Assembly (NCBI GenBank): GCA_020184695.1
Contig: JAANOX010000111.1
Location: 1 to 64,000, forward strand
Reading direction: 5' to 3'
DNA: 64,000 nucleotides
From: Histomonas meleagridis 2922-C6/04-290x
Taxonomy: Eukaryota; Protista; Parabasalia
Shown here: in pieces, positions 1 through 10,665 of the stretch
Numbering within the stretch: position 1 is the first letter of the stretch
How the letters are laid out: each line of letters starts with the position of its first letter
Notes under the pieces: generated by a model
The model's input: only the letters and a program-made list of their open reading frames with translations
Databases searched by the model: none
Told to the model about the DNA's origin: nothing
Translations under genes and position numbers: made by a program

Positions 1-185
1 GTTTCCGAACTACAACATTAATAAACAGCATAAAATGCAACATTCAACATAGAAATAAGCCTTTTCCGTCAATTAATCATCAGCAGCTCCCGTAAACTTG
101 CAAAATTCACGTCAAATCATCAAGTTAGAATTCAACCTCAAAAATATATAGACTTTTACGAAAAGGCTTTCTCGAATTTTTTTTG

Positions 186-485
186 TTAGGTTAGTTAGTT
201 AGTTTGTCATTAAGCTCCAAACACTAAAATCCACATAGGATAAACGTCAAATTCTTACCGATATATCAACCGTCAACTTTTGCGTTAAATCATTCAATAA
301 ATGCTCATTTTCTCCGTTTCGTAAAGGGTTAGGGTTAGAAAAAGGGTTAGAAAATCACCTTTGAAAATTAAAAGGTACTTTTTAAGTTCAAAATCTCAGT
401 TAATAACAACTTTAAGCTCCAAACACTAAAATCTACATAGGATTAACAACAAAACACTAAAAATCCACATATGATTAACAACAAC
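186..485. repeat. Direct repeats plus telomere-like hexamers (probable TE subterminal region)
   Basis: TAAGCTCCAAACACTAAAATC(C/T)ACATAGGA at 211-240 and 413-442, with a third partial copy near 452-480; AGGGTTAGGGTTAG at 325-338, AGGGTTAG at 343-350, and TTAG repeats at 186-202. Confidence 0.7.
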
Positions 486-620
486 TCAGCCGGATTAATG
501 CCTCACACATTTTAAATATAAATGTCATCATGAATTTAAATATATTTTATTACTTTCAATCAAAACCAACCGATTTATGATAATTCAATCGATTTTAGCC
601 GTTCATCCTTTAGTTTATGT

Positions 621-677
621 AGCGCGGCTTGAAGCGAGCGTATCACGCGAAGCTTCAATAGCGCTGTGTGTGTGTGT
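621..677. repeat. GC-rich hairpin abutting a (TG)n microsatellite
   Basis: Nested stems AGCGC/GCGCT, TTGAAGC/GCTTCAA and GCGT/ACGC (621-665), followed directly by TG repeats at 665-677. Confidence 0.7.
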
Positions 678-1153
678 CAAGGATTCCTTCTACAGCAGGA
701 ACATCTCCAATAAATGCGCTACCTTTAATTGTATTTGATATCAATGTTAAAGCAGCCTCATCTACGAACATATGATATTCTAAATTGAATTTTTCCGAAA
801 TAATGCAATTTACGAAATTTTTTAATTTCGGATTTCGATCACATTTATCATGTACAGTAATATATGCATATTTATTAATATCAATTTTGGCAAACGAAAT
901 ATATGGTAATCTTGAAAAAAAAATAATATAATTTTTCGAAAAATGATGCTTATTCGACGATTGAATATTAATTCAATATTCATACAGAAAATTCTGCGTC
1001 GAAAGCTGTTAATTTCAAACTCATTCATTTAAAAAGTGGACATTTTTATGAACCATTACAAACATTTTTGAGCGATAAGATTATTATTTTGTAAATTTCT
1101 CATTTTTGTATGCGTAATTATGAAATAATATATTTCATTTCGATAAAATGTTA

Positions 1154-1720
1154 GGCTATGCTGAACTATACCCCCTGAAAAAATACGTTATTTACGATAG
1201 AGTACGATAGACATTTTATGATAAAAATGATCGTTCGAAAAAATTTCGAACAAATGATTTTTGACAGGCGTTGTAAGATTTTGTAATCAATATAACCGTT
1301 TACATTAATATTACGACGACGTAAAATAATCAGAAAGTCAAATAGAGAACTATGTTTGGGGGCGTAAAGCTTCGTTTATAATTCGAGTTTAATGATCTAC
1401 ATATCTTATAGAATTCACCAAGGCATTGAAATAATTCATTCGAAATTTAACAGATTTTTCCAGATAAATGTATCAAATGATTAATTTTCATTCCCATCAT
1501 GGATATCCCATGGAGTTTTTTATTCATATAACTATATGAATAAGTTAGAGGCTTAAAAATTTATTTTAATTCGTGGATTCTGAATGAAGATAAAATTATA
1601 CAACCCCTGCCAAAAATCATTTCTCTGAAATTTTTTCGATCGATCATTTTTATCATAAAATGTCTATCGTACTCTATCGTAAATAACGTATTTTTTCAGG
1701 GGGTATAGTTCAGTCTACCC
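1154..1720. mobile_element. Non-autonomous TIR element (MITE) of about 567 bp, Mutator- or hAT-like
   Basis: 1161-1233 is the exact reverse complement of 1641-1713, and imperfect pairing extends to roughly 1154-1282 versus 1592-1720. Flanking direct repeat AAATGTTA(G) at 1146-1154 and 1721-1729 (8-9 bp TSD). No ORF inside. Confidence 0.9.
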
Positions 1721-4613
1721 AAATGTTAGAATATTTTTTGAAACTTAAATATAATGAAATTTATAATTTTTAATAACAAAGAATTGAAATAATTATGAAT
1801 TGATAATAATCTTTTGTTAAATCTTACCAAAAACACGGGAATGCAACATATTCATAATCCCATATGTACATGAATTTATATATTAGCATATCCTTAAAAT
1901 CACCGAAAAACTAGTGTACGAAGTTATTATCAATATGTTAATTGATACGGTAAAAAATTGACGAACATTATTATTTCTCGATCATTTTTTATAATGATTA
2001 CGATTAGTTAATCTTTATAATCATAGTTAAAAAAATATTTATGGATACACTATTTATTAATAAAAAAAATAGTTCAACATAAATACATTTTCATTTCAGA
2101 TCTTAAAAGTTATCTTTGTGATTCTTAATCACTTATACATATTTAAATATATGTATATATCCATTTAAATTGAAAATTATCTGAGGATTTGAATGAGTGA
2201 TTTCATCGAACCTTGATTCAAAAAATAATTGTAATTTGCAATTTTTATAATTGTAGCATAAATATAATATTTGAGAAAAAAGAGCTTTATAGACATTTAT
2301 TATCATGTTAACATTATTACAAATGATTTAAGGAATTAAATAAGCTAATAAAATTTTAATTTTAGATACAAATGTTCATGATAATTCTTGTTTTTATGGA
2401 CACAACCATACAATAAATGTTGAAATACCTCCTTCTCTTTATTACAATAAAATAACTTATTTCATAGAATATTATTACATGAAATTATAATTCCAAAATC
2501 AGCAATGTCAATTTCTCCGAAATATTATAATATTATAATATCGTATAATGTTCATATATGTTAAAACCATGCGATTTATCGTGTTGTATTACATTCGAAT
2601 AATAGTAAGGAATTCTGAATATTCATTTTATTTACAATAAAAAGAGAACACTTAGTTTGAATAAACTTTATACAGTATTGAATCAAAAACTTCTTTAAAT
2701 ATATTCAAATAATAATGTTATTTCATTTGATCTATTATATCTTGTTGCTTTTTCACTCATGATTCTTCATGTTTACTTATGTTAATCCAAATTCATTTAT
2801 GTTTGTATATACCTACTCATGTACATGATTTTTTGATATTAAAATGAATAGAACTCAATATTAACTGAATATAAATCAAAGAGATGTAATGCTAACAATT
2901 TACATCTGAAAAAATATCTTTTAATAGGTATCGTAGAGGCCGTTAATAAACTGTTGTTAAAGAAAAACTATTAACACATGTAATGTAATGTTATGTAAAA
3001 ATAAACTGATATGCGAAGTGAATTTATAATGGAGATAATAATGTATTACTTGTATTACAACGAAACATCATGTATAAAAAAGTAACTATAATAAAGAAGT
3101 AATCATTATATAAAGTTAAAATATAATAAAGAAGCAACCATTAGAAAGAAGTTATCATAAAAAAGTCATCATAATGAATTATAACCAAATTTATTTTTGA
3201 GATTAGACATTTCACCAGGTCTAATTGCATGTAAATAACTGACAGGAATGTAATCAGTAATAGCTTCTCCGAAAGTAACTCTAAAAATAACTTTATAAAG
3301 ATTTTTATTTTTATTATGATATAATATTTTTGTGATAACTCCAATTCATTTTTATGTGGGATAGTAGAAGCCCAACATAATGTTAACATTAATATTAATA
3401 TTAATATTTACATAATGTTATATTTATAATTGTGATAGTAAAAAAACTGTATATATCAAAATTAATAATCTCGATTTAAAAAATGATGAGAATATGTATA
3501 TATGTGTAATATTTATATTCGTTTTGTTGTAAATTATATATGTTCGATTGACAAAATGCTGAACAAAATATTTCGTTTTAGCAAATGCTTGTGCAACAAT
3601 GCACAATGAAATGGTGCTACGAATCAGCACAAATGAAATTCCACAACAATTGTGCTGTGTGTAAATCTATTAATAAATAATCAATTTCAATTAATTTTTG
3701 AATCTCTCTTTAAATTCTAAATATAATATTTTAATATAAAATCATATAGCTATTTTTATCATGAATGTATTTATAAATTTTGTAAAAATATTGTTTATTG
3801 ATGAAAATATTTTTGTTTTATTTTGAGGTTCCATCACTTTTTCTTGACAACGGTTATACCCGTTTATATCGTAATCTTTAAATAAATTGTAACATGACGT
3901 TTCAAAAACTTTTTAACGTTGACAAAACTATAGGTATTTTTCTAAAACATAAATATCCGAATATGGATAAGTTAAATATAAAATTCCATCAAAAAATATT
4001 GAAATTTTTGAATCATCCAATCAAGCATAATTAATTGGATATTCTATTAATTAACAATCAACAATTTATAGATTATCCAAAAAGAAACTTATCTATTTCT
4101 CAAAAAATGGGTTTTGGAGGAAATAAATAAAAAAAAAATCAAAATTGTTAACAAAGCATAATTATAAAATACAAAGTATATAGAAAGAAAGATTAGAGGG
4201 AACAGGAGCTTTGCTGAATCGGATAAGTTTTTATCTATCAAGGACAAAGCTGCAGGCGAAAAATTATTCTCTTAACGTACAGATTTTTGACCGTTTAAAA
4301 TCAGACCTTCCTTTTATCTTTTTGTGTATTGTTTACCTGTTTAAATATGATAACATTCATTGCCATGAAGACTAGCAAAGAACTCATGTTTTTCAAATAA
4401 GATATCCCAAAATTTTTAAAATTCTTTAGCTTGGTAAATTTACCATATAATTATACAAAAAAAATGAATTTTACATTAAGTACAAACACATAGATTTAAT
4501 ATATATTTTTTTGTTCAATTTTTATCTTGGATTTCGTTTGATTAAAATACAAAATCGATTTTGTATCTTTGCAGAAAATAAAAAAAGAAAAGTAAACGGT
4601 TTTTTGAAAACTA

Positions 4614-5033
4614 ATGATTTCTTCGATAAAGGATCTCCCACAGAAAAAAGTTTCGGAGCTCCATTTGTCAGCTTCAAATCCACCCATATATTTGTCAATA
4701 GAAAGTAATGAATATGACAAAAATATAAATACATTTATTTATAATATTGAAATTGGAATTCAAAATTCCCCAGATACTGTACAAATGCATACAATCAAAG
4801 CAAGATATTCAACGTTGTATCAATTAGATCAGCAACTTCAAGCAACTTACAAGGAAAAACAGATCATCAATCCATTTCCACCAAAAAATTATTTCAGAAG
4901 CAACTCAGAAGCGTTTGTTAAAAAGCGTCAAGAAGACTTGCAACATTACTTAGATGTTTTAACTCGAACTCCAGAAGTTATTAAAGAACAACATTTTAGA
5001 AACTTTTTTCAAATCAGTGATGCTGTTCAGTAA
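4614..5033 (+). CDS. PX (phox homology) domain protein, sorting-nexin-like
   Basis: 139 aa with PX motifs YNIEI, RYSTLYQLDQQL, PFPPKNYF and KKRQEDLQHYL. Confidence 0.8.
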   Translation: MISSIKDLPQKKVSELHLSASNPPIYLSIESNEYDKNINTFIYNIEIGIQNSPDTVQMHTIKARYSTLYQLDQQLQATYKEKQIINPFPPKNYFRSNSEAFVKKRQEDLQHYLDVLTRTPEVIKEQHFRNFFQISDAVQ

Positions 5034-5221
5034 CATTCTCACTTCAGCGGTTTTTAAGTTATTGTAGATATTTAATACTTAAATTTTGTAATAAATCGAT
5101 TTTAAAATATTAATTTTTTGAAAATGTTTTGATTATATCTCATTCTTGTTACACGAATAAGCTTTTTGTTTATTATAATCCAAAAAAAAATTGTATATTA
5201 TTCCTCAATCATTTCATATAA

Positions 5222-5291
5222 CAATGTATTTTTTCATATCTTCAATATTGTCATTAAGCTTTTGTACAAAACTGTTTTGTTTCTTTTACCC
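5222..5291 (-). pseudogene. Degenerate fragment paralogous to the 3' part of ORF 9942-10397
   Basis: Aligns closely by eye to 9974-10044 (the GKRNKTVLYKWLNDNIEDVKKYI region), with a 1-nt deletion at the Trp codon. Confidence 0.8.
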
Positions 5292-5449
5292 TAAAACTCT
5301 ATTGATATTTTAATTTCTTGGGCTTAATGATGAGAACATTTTTTATAATGCTTTTTTGATATTTATCACTTTTTTCGAACGTTAAAAGAACGTTAAGAAC
5401 CGTTTAGGGTCATTTTTTTTTAAAAAAGGGTACAAACGGAAGACCATTA

Positions 5450-6750
5450 TCTGGAATGACCAAAATGGAACTAAATTATGCCCTATCAGAGTATTCGTCA
5501 GAAACAGATTATCGAGCAATTTTATTTTAATTTTCTGAAGAAGATTTCGATAATTTATTGGTTAACCAGGCGATGAAAATCTATCGAATTACCAAAGATT
5601 TCGACACAATGGACATTACAATCATTTCATTAGCTAAATTATTTAATATTGACAGGGGTAAATTATATCGGAAGATAAATAAAAAAGTTCAAAATAAACC
5701 CGGTAACCCATTATATGTAACACAAGACCAAGAAGAAGGACTAGTTTTATATTTACAATTAAGATGTGAAGTCCACAAACCCATGACACCTAAAGATATA
5801 GATGATAATATTTCAAATAATTTCAACATCGATGATAGAAATTCATGGCACAATCATATTGTAAAACGACATAGTGATATGATTTGTATGACAACTGCAT
5901 ACCCACAGGAGAAAGGACGAATTTATCCAATCAAACAATATGGAGAAACTCACATCGATAATTTTAAAAAGTATGTATAAGGGGTTCCAACTGAATTGAT
6001 TTTCAATATCGATGAGGTGGGATTCCGAAAGTGTTCAGATAAAGAAAATAAAATAGTAATTGCCCCGATTACCATCCTTAAGAATTCTCTGATTGAATAT
6101 TTTGTTGAATGGACATAAAAACAAATTGGTATTATATTTGCAATATCTATGGCAGGTTACACATTGGCATCAATGTTTATCACCCACAGGAAAACAATTT
6201 GCAAAGAAATTCGTAGTACTGGCATAAGAAATGGGTAAAATCTTATTCTTGAATATCAACCAAAATCTTATGTCAATGGCAGTTCATTTTCTAAATACAT
6301 TGATTAAGTCATACTGAAGTACGTTAAGGAAATCAGAAAAAATGAATTATATGAAAATGAGCCTGCAGTTATACTTCGTGACAATTGTACATCACACCTT
6401 GATGACAAGTTACTTCAAAAGCTCTCAGAAAATGATATTAGACTAATTACTATACCTCCGCATTCATCACACATCTTTCAACTGTTAAATGTTGTTACGT
6501 TCGGAGTCATTAAAAAAGAGATGCTGATTCGTTCAGCATTTGAAAACGCCGGTTTTCTTCATGATTTCCTTACAGATTTCGTGCGAGCATTGATCAGAGG
6601 AGAATTTTTGAAAGAAAAAATGGACAAGTATGGGTTCATTGATAATCCTGAATATGAAAGTTCAGGGGAATTTGGATTTGTCAATCGAGACAAATTTAAT
6701 TATTTTTGCATTTTAACTATTTTAACTCGAATAATCAGATTTTATTGATA
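5450..6750 (+). mobile_element. Degenerate pogo/Tc5-type (DDE_1) transposase
   Basis: HTH-like ORF 5558-5980 continues across stops into FNIDE (~6002), DNCTSH (~6380) and PPHSSHIFQLL (~6455), which match DDE_1 motifs. Several in-frame stops; TIR pair not resolved. Confidence 0.8.
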
Positions 6751-7171
6751 ATTTTCATAATTTATAAAAAAAAAATACATTGTTATTTCATATGAAAATA
6801 GAAAATAAGAAAATAATTTAATAATTAAAGAGATAAAATCAAATTTTTTCGAAAAAAAACATTAATATATTCACAAAAAGTGATGTAGGTTTATTCAAAT
6901 GTGTAGATTTATTCAAAAATCTATACAATAATTACATTATGTAAAACAATTTTACTTAAAATGTTGCAAGTGAAATTCATATTCACTTTTCTAATTATAG
7001 TGATGATAATGAGTACACATTATGAAAGTGATGATCTATATAAAATTAACATAATCCATATAATCCTATAAAATATTCGCCAAATGTGTTATCTTACTCA
7101 TCAAATTGCATTGGCAGCGCACGTTATAATTAGTGATAATAAAAAATAATATAAATGTTTTTATTCAATAA

Positions 7172-9241
7172 TTAATATTTAACCTCATCGAATGCATACT
7201 CCGCGAGTCCCCAATCGTCGCAGTCATAGTATGGTCCGCAAGCAATGCAATTTCCGATGCAGCAGTAGTCTTTTTTAACTTTTTTCTCTTTCGGGAATCT
7301 GTTTTGCTTTGCTTTGCCTTCGTGATTTTGGTGAAAGAACAATGGATGTACGAACATTCGCATGTATCCAGGAATCAATTTCATAATTCGTGCGATGAAA
7401 ACAGAATCAGTTGCATAGTTTGCAGGTAATTCATTAAACCCTTGCATTGCATGCCACATATCTTTAGATAACATTTGGAAATCGCCTGGCGCACATGAAC
7501 ATTCTTTTTTATAATATTCATCACATGAATCAATGACTGCAAATCGATTCGTAAAGTCTGTACACCATTCACTTAATTCCATATTTTTTAGTCTCCAAGT
7601 TTCGGAAATAATTTTGATAAATTCATTCATAGTAATATTATTTCGTTCTAACATCGTATTATTCAAATTCCATCGATTACCTCGATAAATTACAGCAGTA
7701 TTAAATTGGTGCCCTGCTATTAATTCGAAAAATTCAGTTGGGAATAAACAATCAGCATTTGTGGTTAAGATAATTTTCCCTTGTGATCTTCGAACACCAA
7801 TGTTCTTTGCAACATATTCAAGAAATCCATATTTCGTTTGGTATCGTTCTTCTAAAGTTCGATGTGCGTTTGGCGGCACAACAATAAACCTTACTTTCCC
7901 TGTAAATGTTTTTGAGACGTTTATTACGTCCGATAGCAATGGGTTTTCAATTGGCGTAGCGTAATCAACAAATATAACTTCGACATCAGCTAATGGAACG
8001 GTTTTAATTCCATATTCAATAGCGTTAAGGAAGTTTTGTAATCGATTCTCAAAACCAATTCCATATTTATCATTACGTCCTGGAACTACAATTGAACAAT
8101 AAAATTTCTTTTGTGGATTTTCTTTGATTTGAAAGTTTTTATATGAGTCTTCTAACATTGATATAATGTCGGTGTTTTTGTCACCAAAAACTTCTTCGTG
8201 ATTATATTTTATTGTGCTTTTTTGGATTTTGTGTGGAAATGTTTGATAATTGATTTGACAATTTTTGATGTTTAACGAATTCAGTGTCACTTTTACGGCT
8301 GTCGGTACGTCAATTGTTGAAACGCCTCTTAATGAAAAATAGCCGGTGACATTATTCTCCAATTGTTTTAGTACAAATTCTGTTACATTTTGTGTCGTAA
8401 TACTTTGATATATATTAAATGGCAAAAATTCGATATTTGTATAACTAACTTTTTTACATTCTCTTATTGCTCTAATGATTGGGTTTTCGAGATCTTTTAT
8501 TGCTTTTGAATCAACTAAATATGGAATCTCAATTAATAATCCATTGTTATCGATAATTTCTTTGATTACTTCATCAAATATTGGCTGTGTTAAAACAAAT
8601 ACAAATTTTATCTTTTTTCGTTTTAAATATTTGATCAGTCCTGAAACATAACCAATCGTGTTTTCTCGGATATAATCTGACCCATCTGAGAATGTGTGTC
8701 GAATTAATGGTGGCTGATATGTTATTATAGCAGTTTTGATGTTAACTGTGTCTAACACTTTGTATGAATCTTCTGAAGAAAAATCAATTTCATTAATTCC
8801 ATTAACTGATACATATGAAATATTTCTTTCTTTAAAAATTTCTTTAAGTGCATAACCAATCGTTGTCATTCCTCCAACAATTAATATGTGTTGTTTTGTT
8901 AATGTACTTTTATCAATATGTTTGTTAAATAAAAGTGAAAGTTCCTTGCTAAATTGAGTTCTGTCTATGCATTTCCCTTTGTTTTGAGAAATATTTCCAC
9001 TAAATTTAAAGTATGGATTATTGGTATATTTTCCTGTTTGTGGGATTGTTATTGCTTTATATACATTTAAGGCGTCATTTGTTTCGTATGGATTTGTTTT
9101 ATAGGTTGGAAATAGTTCAATCAAATTTGCACCATCATTTGATTTAAATAAGAAATAGTAAAGACTAAAAAGGATAAGTAAAAATGTTGTGAATAAAAAA
9201 GAAATATATGTATTTTTGTGACTTAATTTCAAATTCTTCAT
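7172..9241 (-). CDS. Type II membrane glycosyltransferase-like protein (Rossmann-like middle region plus GT-A/GT2-like C-terminal domain)
   Basis: 689 aa with an N-terminal TM. ILIVGGMTTIGYAL resembles an NAD-binding beta1 motif; VVPGRND, VIFVDY, AKNIGVRRSQGKIILTTNADCLFP and FFHQNH fit a GT-A fold. Confidence 0.65.
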   Translation of the reverse strand: MKNLKLSHKNTYISFLFTTFLLILFSLYYFLFKSNDGANLIELFPTYKTNPYETNDALNVYKAITIPQTGKYTNNPYFKFSGNISQNKGKCIDRTQFSKELSLLFNKHIDKSTLTKQHILIVGGMTTIGYALKEIFKERNISYVSVNGINEIDFSSEDSYKVLDTVNIKTAIITYQPPLIRHTFSDGSDYIRENTIGYVSGLIKYLKRKKIKFVFVLTQPIFDEVIKEIIDNNGLLIEIPYLVDSKAIKDLENPIIRAIRECKKVSYTNIEFLPFNIYQSITTQNVTEFVLKQLENNVTGYFSLRGVSTIDVPTAVKVTLNSLNIKNCQINYQTFPHKIQKSTIKYNHEEVFGDKNTDIISMLEDSYKNFQIKENPQKKFYCSIVVPGRNDKYGIGFENRLQNFLNAIEYGIKTVPLADVEVIFVDYATPIENPLLSDVINVSKTFTGKVRFIVVPPNAHRTLEERYQTKYGFLEYVAKNIGVRRSQGKIILTTNADCLFPTEFFELIAGHQFNTAVIYRGNRWNLNNTMLERNNITMNEFIKIISETWRLKNMELSEWCTDFTNRFAVIDSCDEYYKKECSCAPGDFQMLSKDMWHAMQGFNELPANYATDSVFIARIMKLIPGYMRMFVHPLFFHQNHEGKAKQNRFPKEKKVKKDYCCIGNCIACGPYYDCDDWGLAEYAFDEVKY

Positions 9242-9821
9242 ATTCTAAGTTCTATTTTTTTAAAAAAAAATGGTCAAACCAACAAAAAAATTTATATGAC
9301 GATAACTTTTAAAAAGTCAGCATTTCAATTAAAAATGCCACCCCAGAATGCGCTGTAGAAATATTTTCCATTTTACTGTCGTCAAATAAGTTTATAAAAA
9401 TTTTAAAATCATCAAGAGTATAGTTTGGGAAGAAACAAATTATATGATAAAAAAAAATGGTTCACAATATATTCTTAAGGAGTGTCGCTCGAAGGAAATT
9501 TGACAAAAAGTGACAAATAATTTGATGGAAAAAAAAAAGAATCGCGGGATTCAAAAATATTTTTTAAAATTCCCATATTTTTATCACCCCTATAAGATAC
9601 ACTCTTTAAAGCTACATACGCGGAATTGAAAAATAAAATTGATGAAATAAGACATAACATATGTTATGTGTTAGAAAATATAAACTATGATATGGATAAC
9701 AGAGAATAAAAAGTATGATAATGATATCATTTTGGAAAAAATAAGAATATAACATACATCAAAAATAATTAAGATCGGACTAAGATACCTTGTCTTTTCA
9801 ATTGAAATTAATTTCACTTCT

Positions 9822-9825
<4 letters not shown>

Positions 9826-9853
<28 letters not shown>
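9826..9853. repeat. (TA)n microsatellite
   Basis: About 14 TA units seen directly. Confidence 0.95.
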
Positions 9854-9858
<5 letters not shown>

Positions 9859-9941
9859 CATCAGAGATCTATTCCCTTCAAATTCTTCATCATTTGAAAA
9901 TTTTCAATTCCAAAAAAAAAAATGTTTGATAAATTTTTCTT

Positions 9942-10397
9942 TTATTCATCAGTCATTTGTAATTCCACATAATCAATGTATTTTTTCACATCTTCTATGT
10001 TGTCATTAAGCCATTTATACAAAACTGTTTTGTTCCTTTTACCCAATCTACCAATTTCATTGACCTTTCCGATATGGTGTCCTATCATTTTTGCTATAAT
10101 TAGAAGATCATTCTTTGTAAGTTTTATCAGATTCTTTTCATAAAGCAGTCGATAGATTTCAGACTGCTTAAAAACAAAATCATTAATCCTGTTTTTGATT
10201 TTTTCCTGTTCCGAGATTGCTTCAGTGAAATTCTGTTTTTGAAAGATATCAACATCATTTTTAATTTTGTTTAATTGTTTGATAACTTTTGGAAATTTTT
10301 TTTGATTTGTAAGTTGGATTATTCGTTGTTTCAAATCTTGCAACTCTTCTTCGAAATTATTTGGTAAGATTTGTTTGTTTTCTTGAGATGGAAACAA
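9942..10397 (-). CDS. Hypothetical coiled-coil protein; no in-frame ATG at its 5' end
   Basis: 151-codon open frame beginning at TTG in the context CCATTGTTTCCA (one extra T relative to ATG TTT CCA). A paralogous fragment lies at 5222-5291. Confidence 0.5.
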   Translation of the reverse strand: MFPSQENKQILPNNFEEELQDLKQRIIQLTNQKKFPKVIKQLNKIKNDVDIFQKQNFTEAISEQEKIKNRINDFVFKQSEIYRLLYEKNLIKLTKNDLLIIAKMIGHHIGKVNEIGRLGKRNKTVLYKWLNDNIEDVKKYIDYVELQMTDE

Positions 10398-10480
10398 TGG
10401 AAAAATTAAATCAAACGATTTTTTTTGATATTTTTTAAGACATCCTAATCATATATAATAATATATTTTATTATCCGAGT

Positions 10481-10552
10481 TCGCTGATAGTGTAGTGGTT
10501 ATCATGTAGGATTGTCGTTCCTGTGATCCGGGTTCGATTCCCGGTCAGCGAG
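10481..10552 (+). tRNA. trnD: tRNA-Asp(GTC)
   Basis: Acceptor stem TCGCTGA/TCAGCGA, anticodon arm TAGGA-TTGTCGT-TCCTG, T arm CCGGG-TTCGATT-CCCGG, and a T6 Pol III terminator at 10553-10558. Confidence 0.97.
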
Positions 10553-10665
10553 TTTTTTATTTTTGATGTTTTTTTTTTTTAAATCTAATAAATATTTACA
10601 AGTTGTGTTTACATACTTAATAAATTTAGTTTTGGATTTAACAACAATGTTTATTAATAATAAAA

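Noticed and set aside
325-350. True telomere
   Set aside because: Only 2-3 interrupted units, embedded in complex sequence.
822-3630. Short ORFs 822-1028, 3141-3389 and 3424-3630
   Set aside because: I/F/L/K-rich chance ORFs of AT-rich DNA with no recognisable motifs.
4230-4311. RNase P RNA (GGAAGGTCTGA on the minus strand at 4301-4311)
   Set aside because: The putative CR-V is only about 80 nt away and pairs incompletely; too short for the core.
5340-6925. TIR pair for the pogo relic (6878-6925 versus 5340-5375)
   Set aside because: Only ATCACTTTTT matches; too weak to call element ends.
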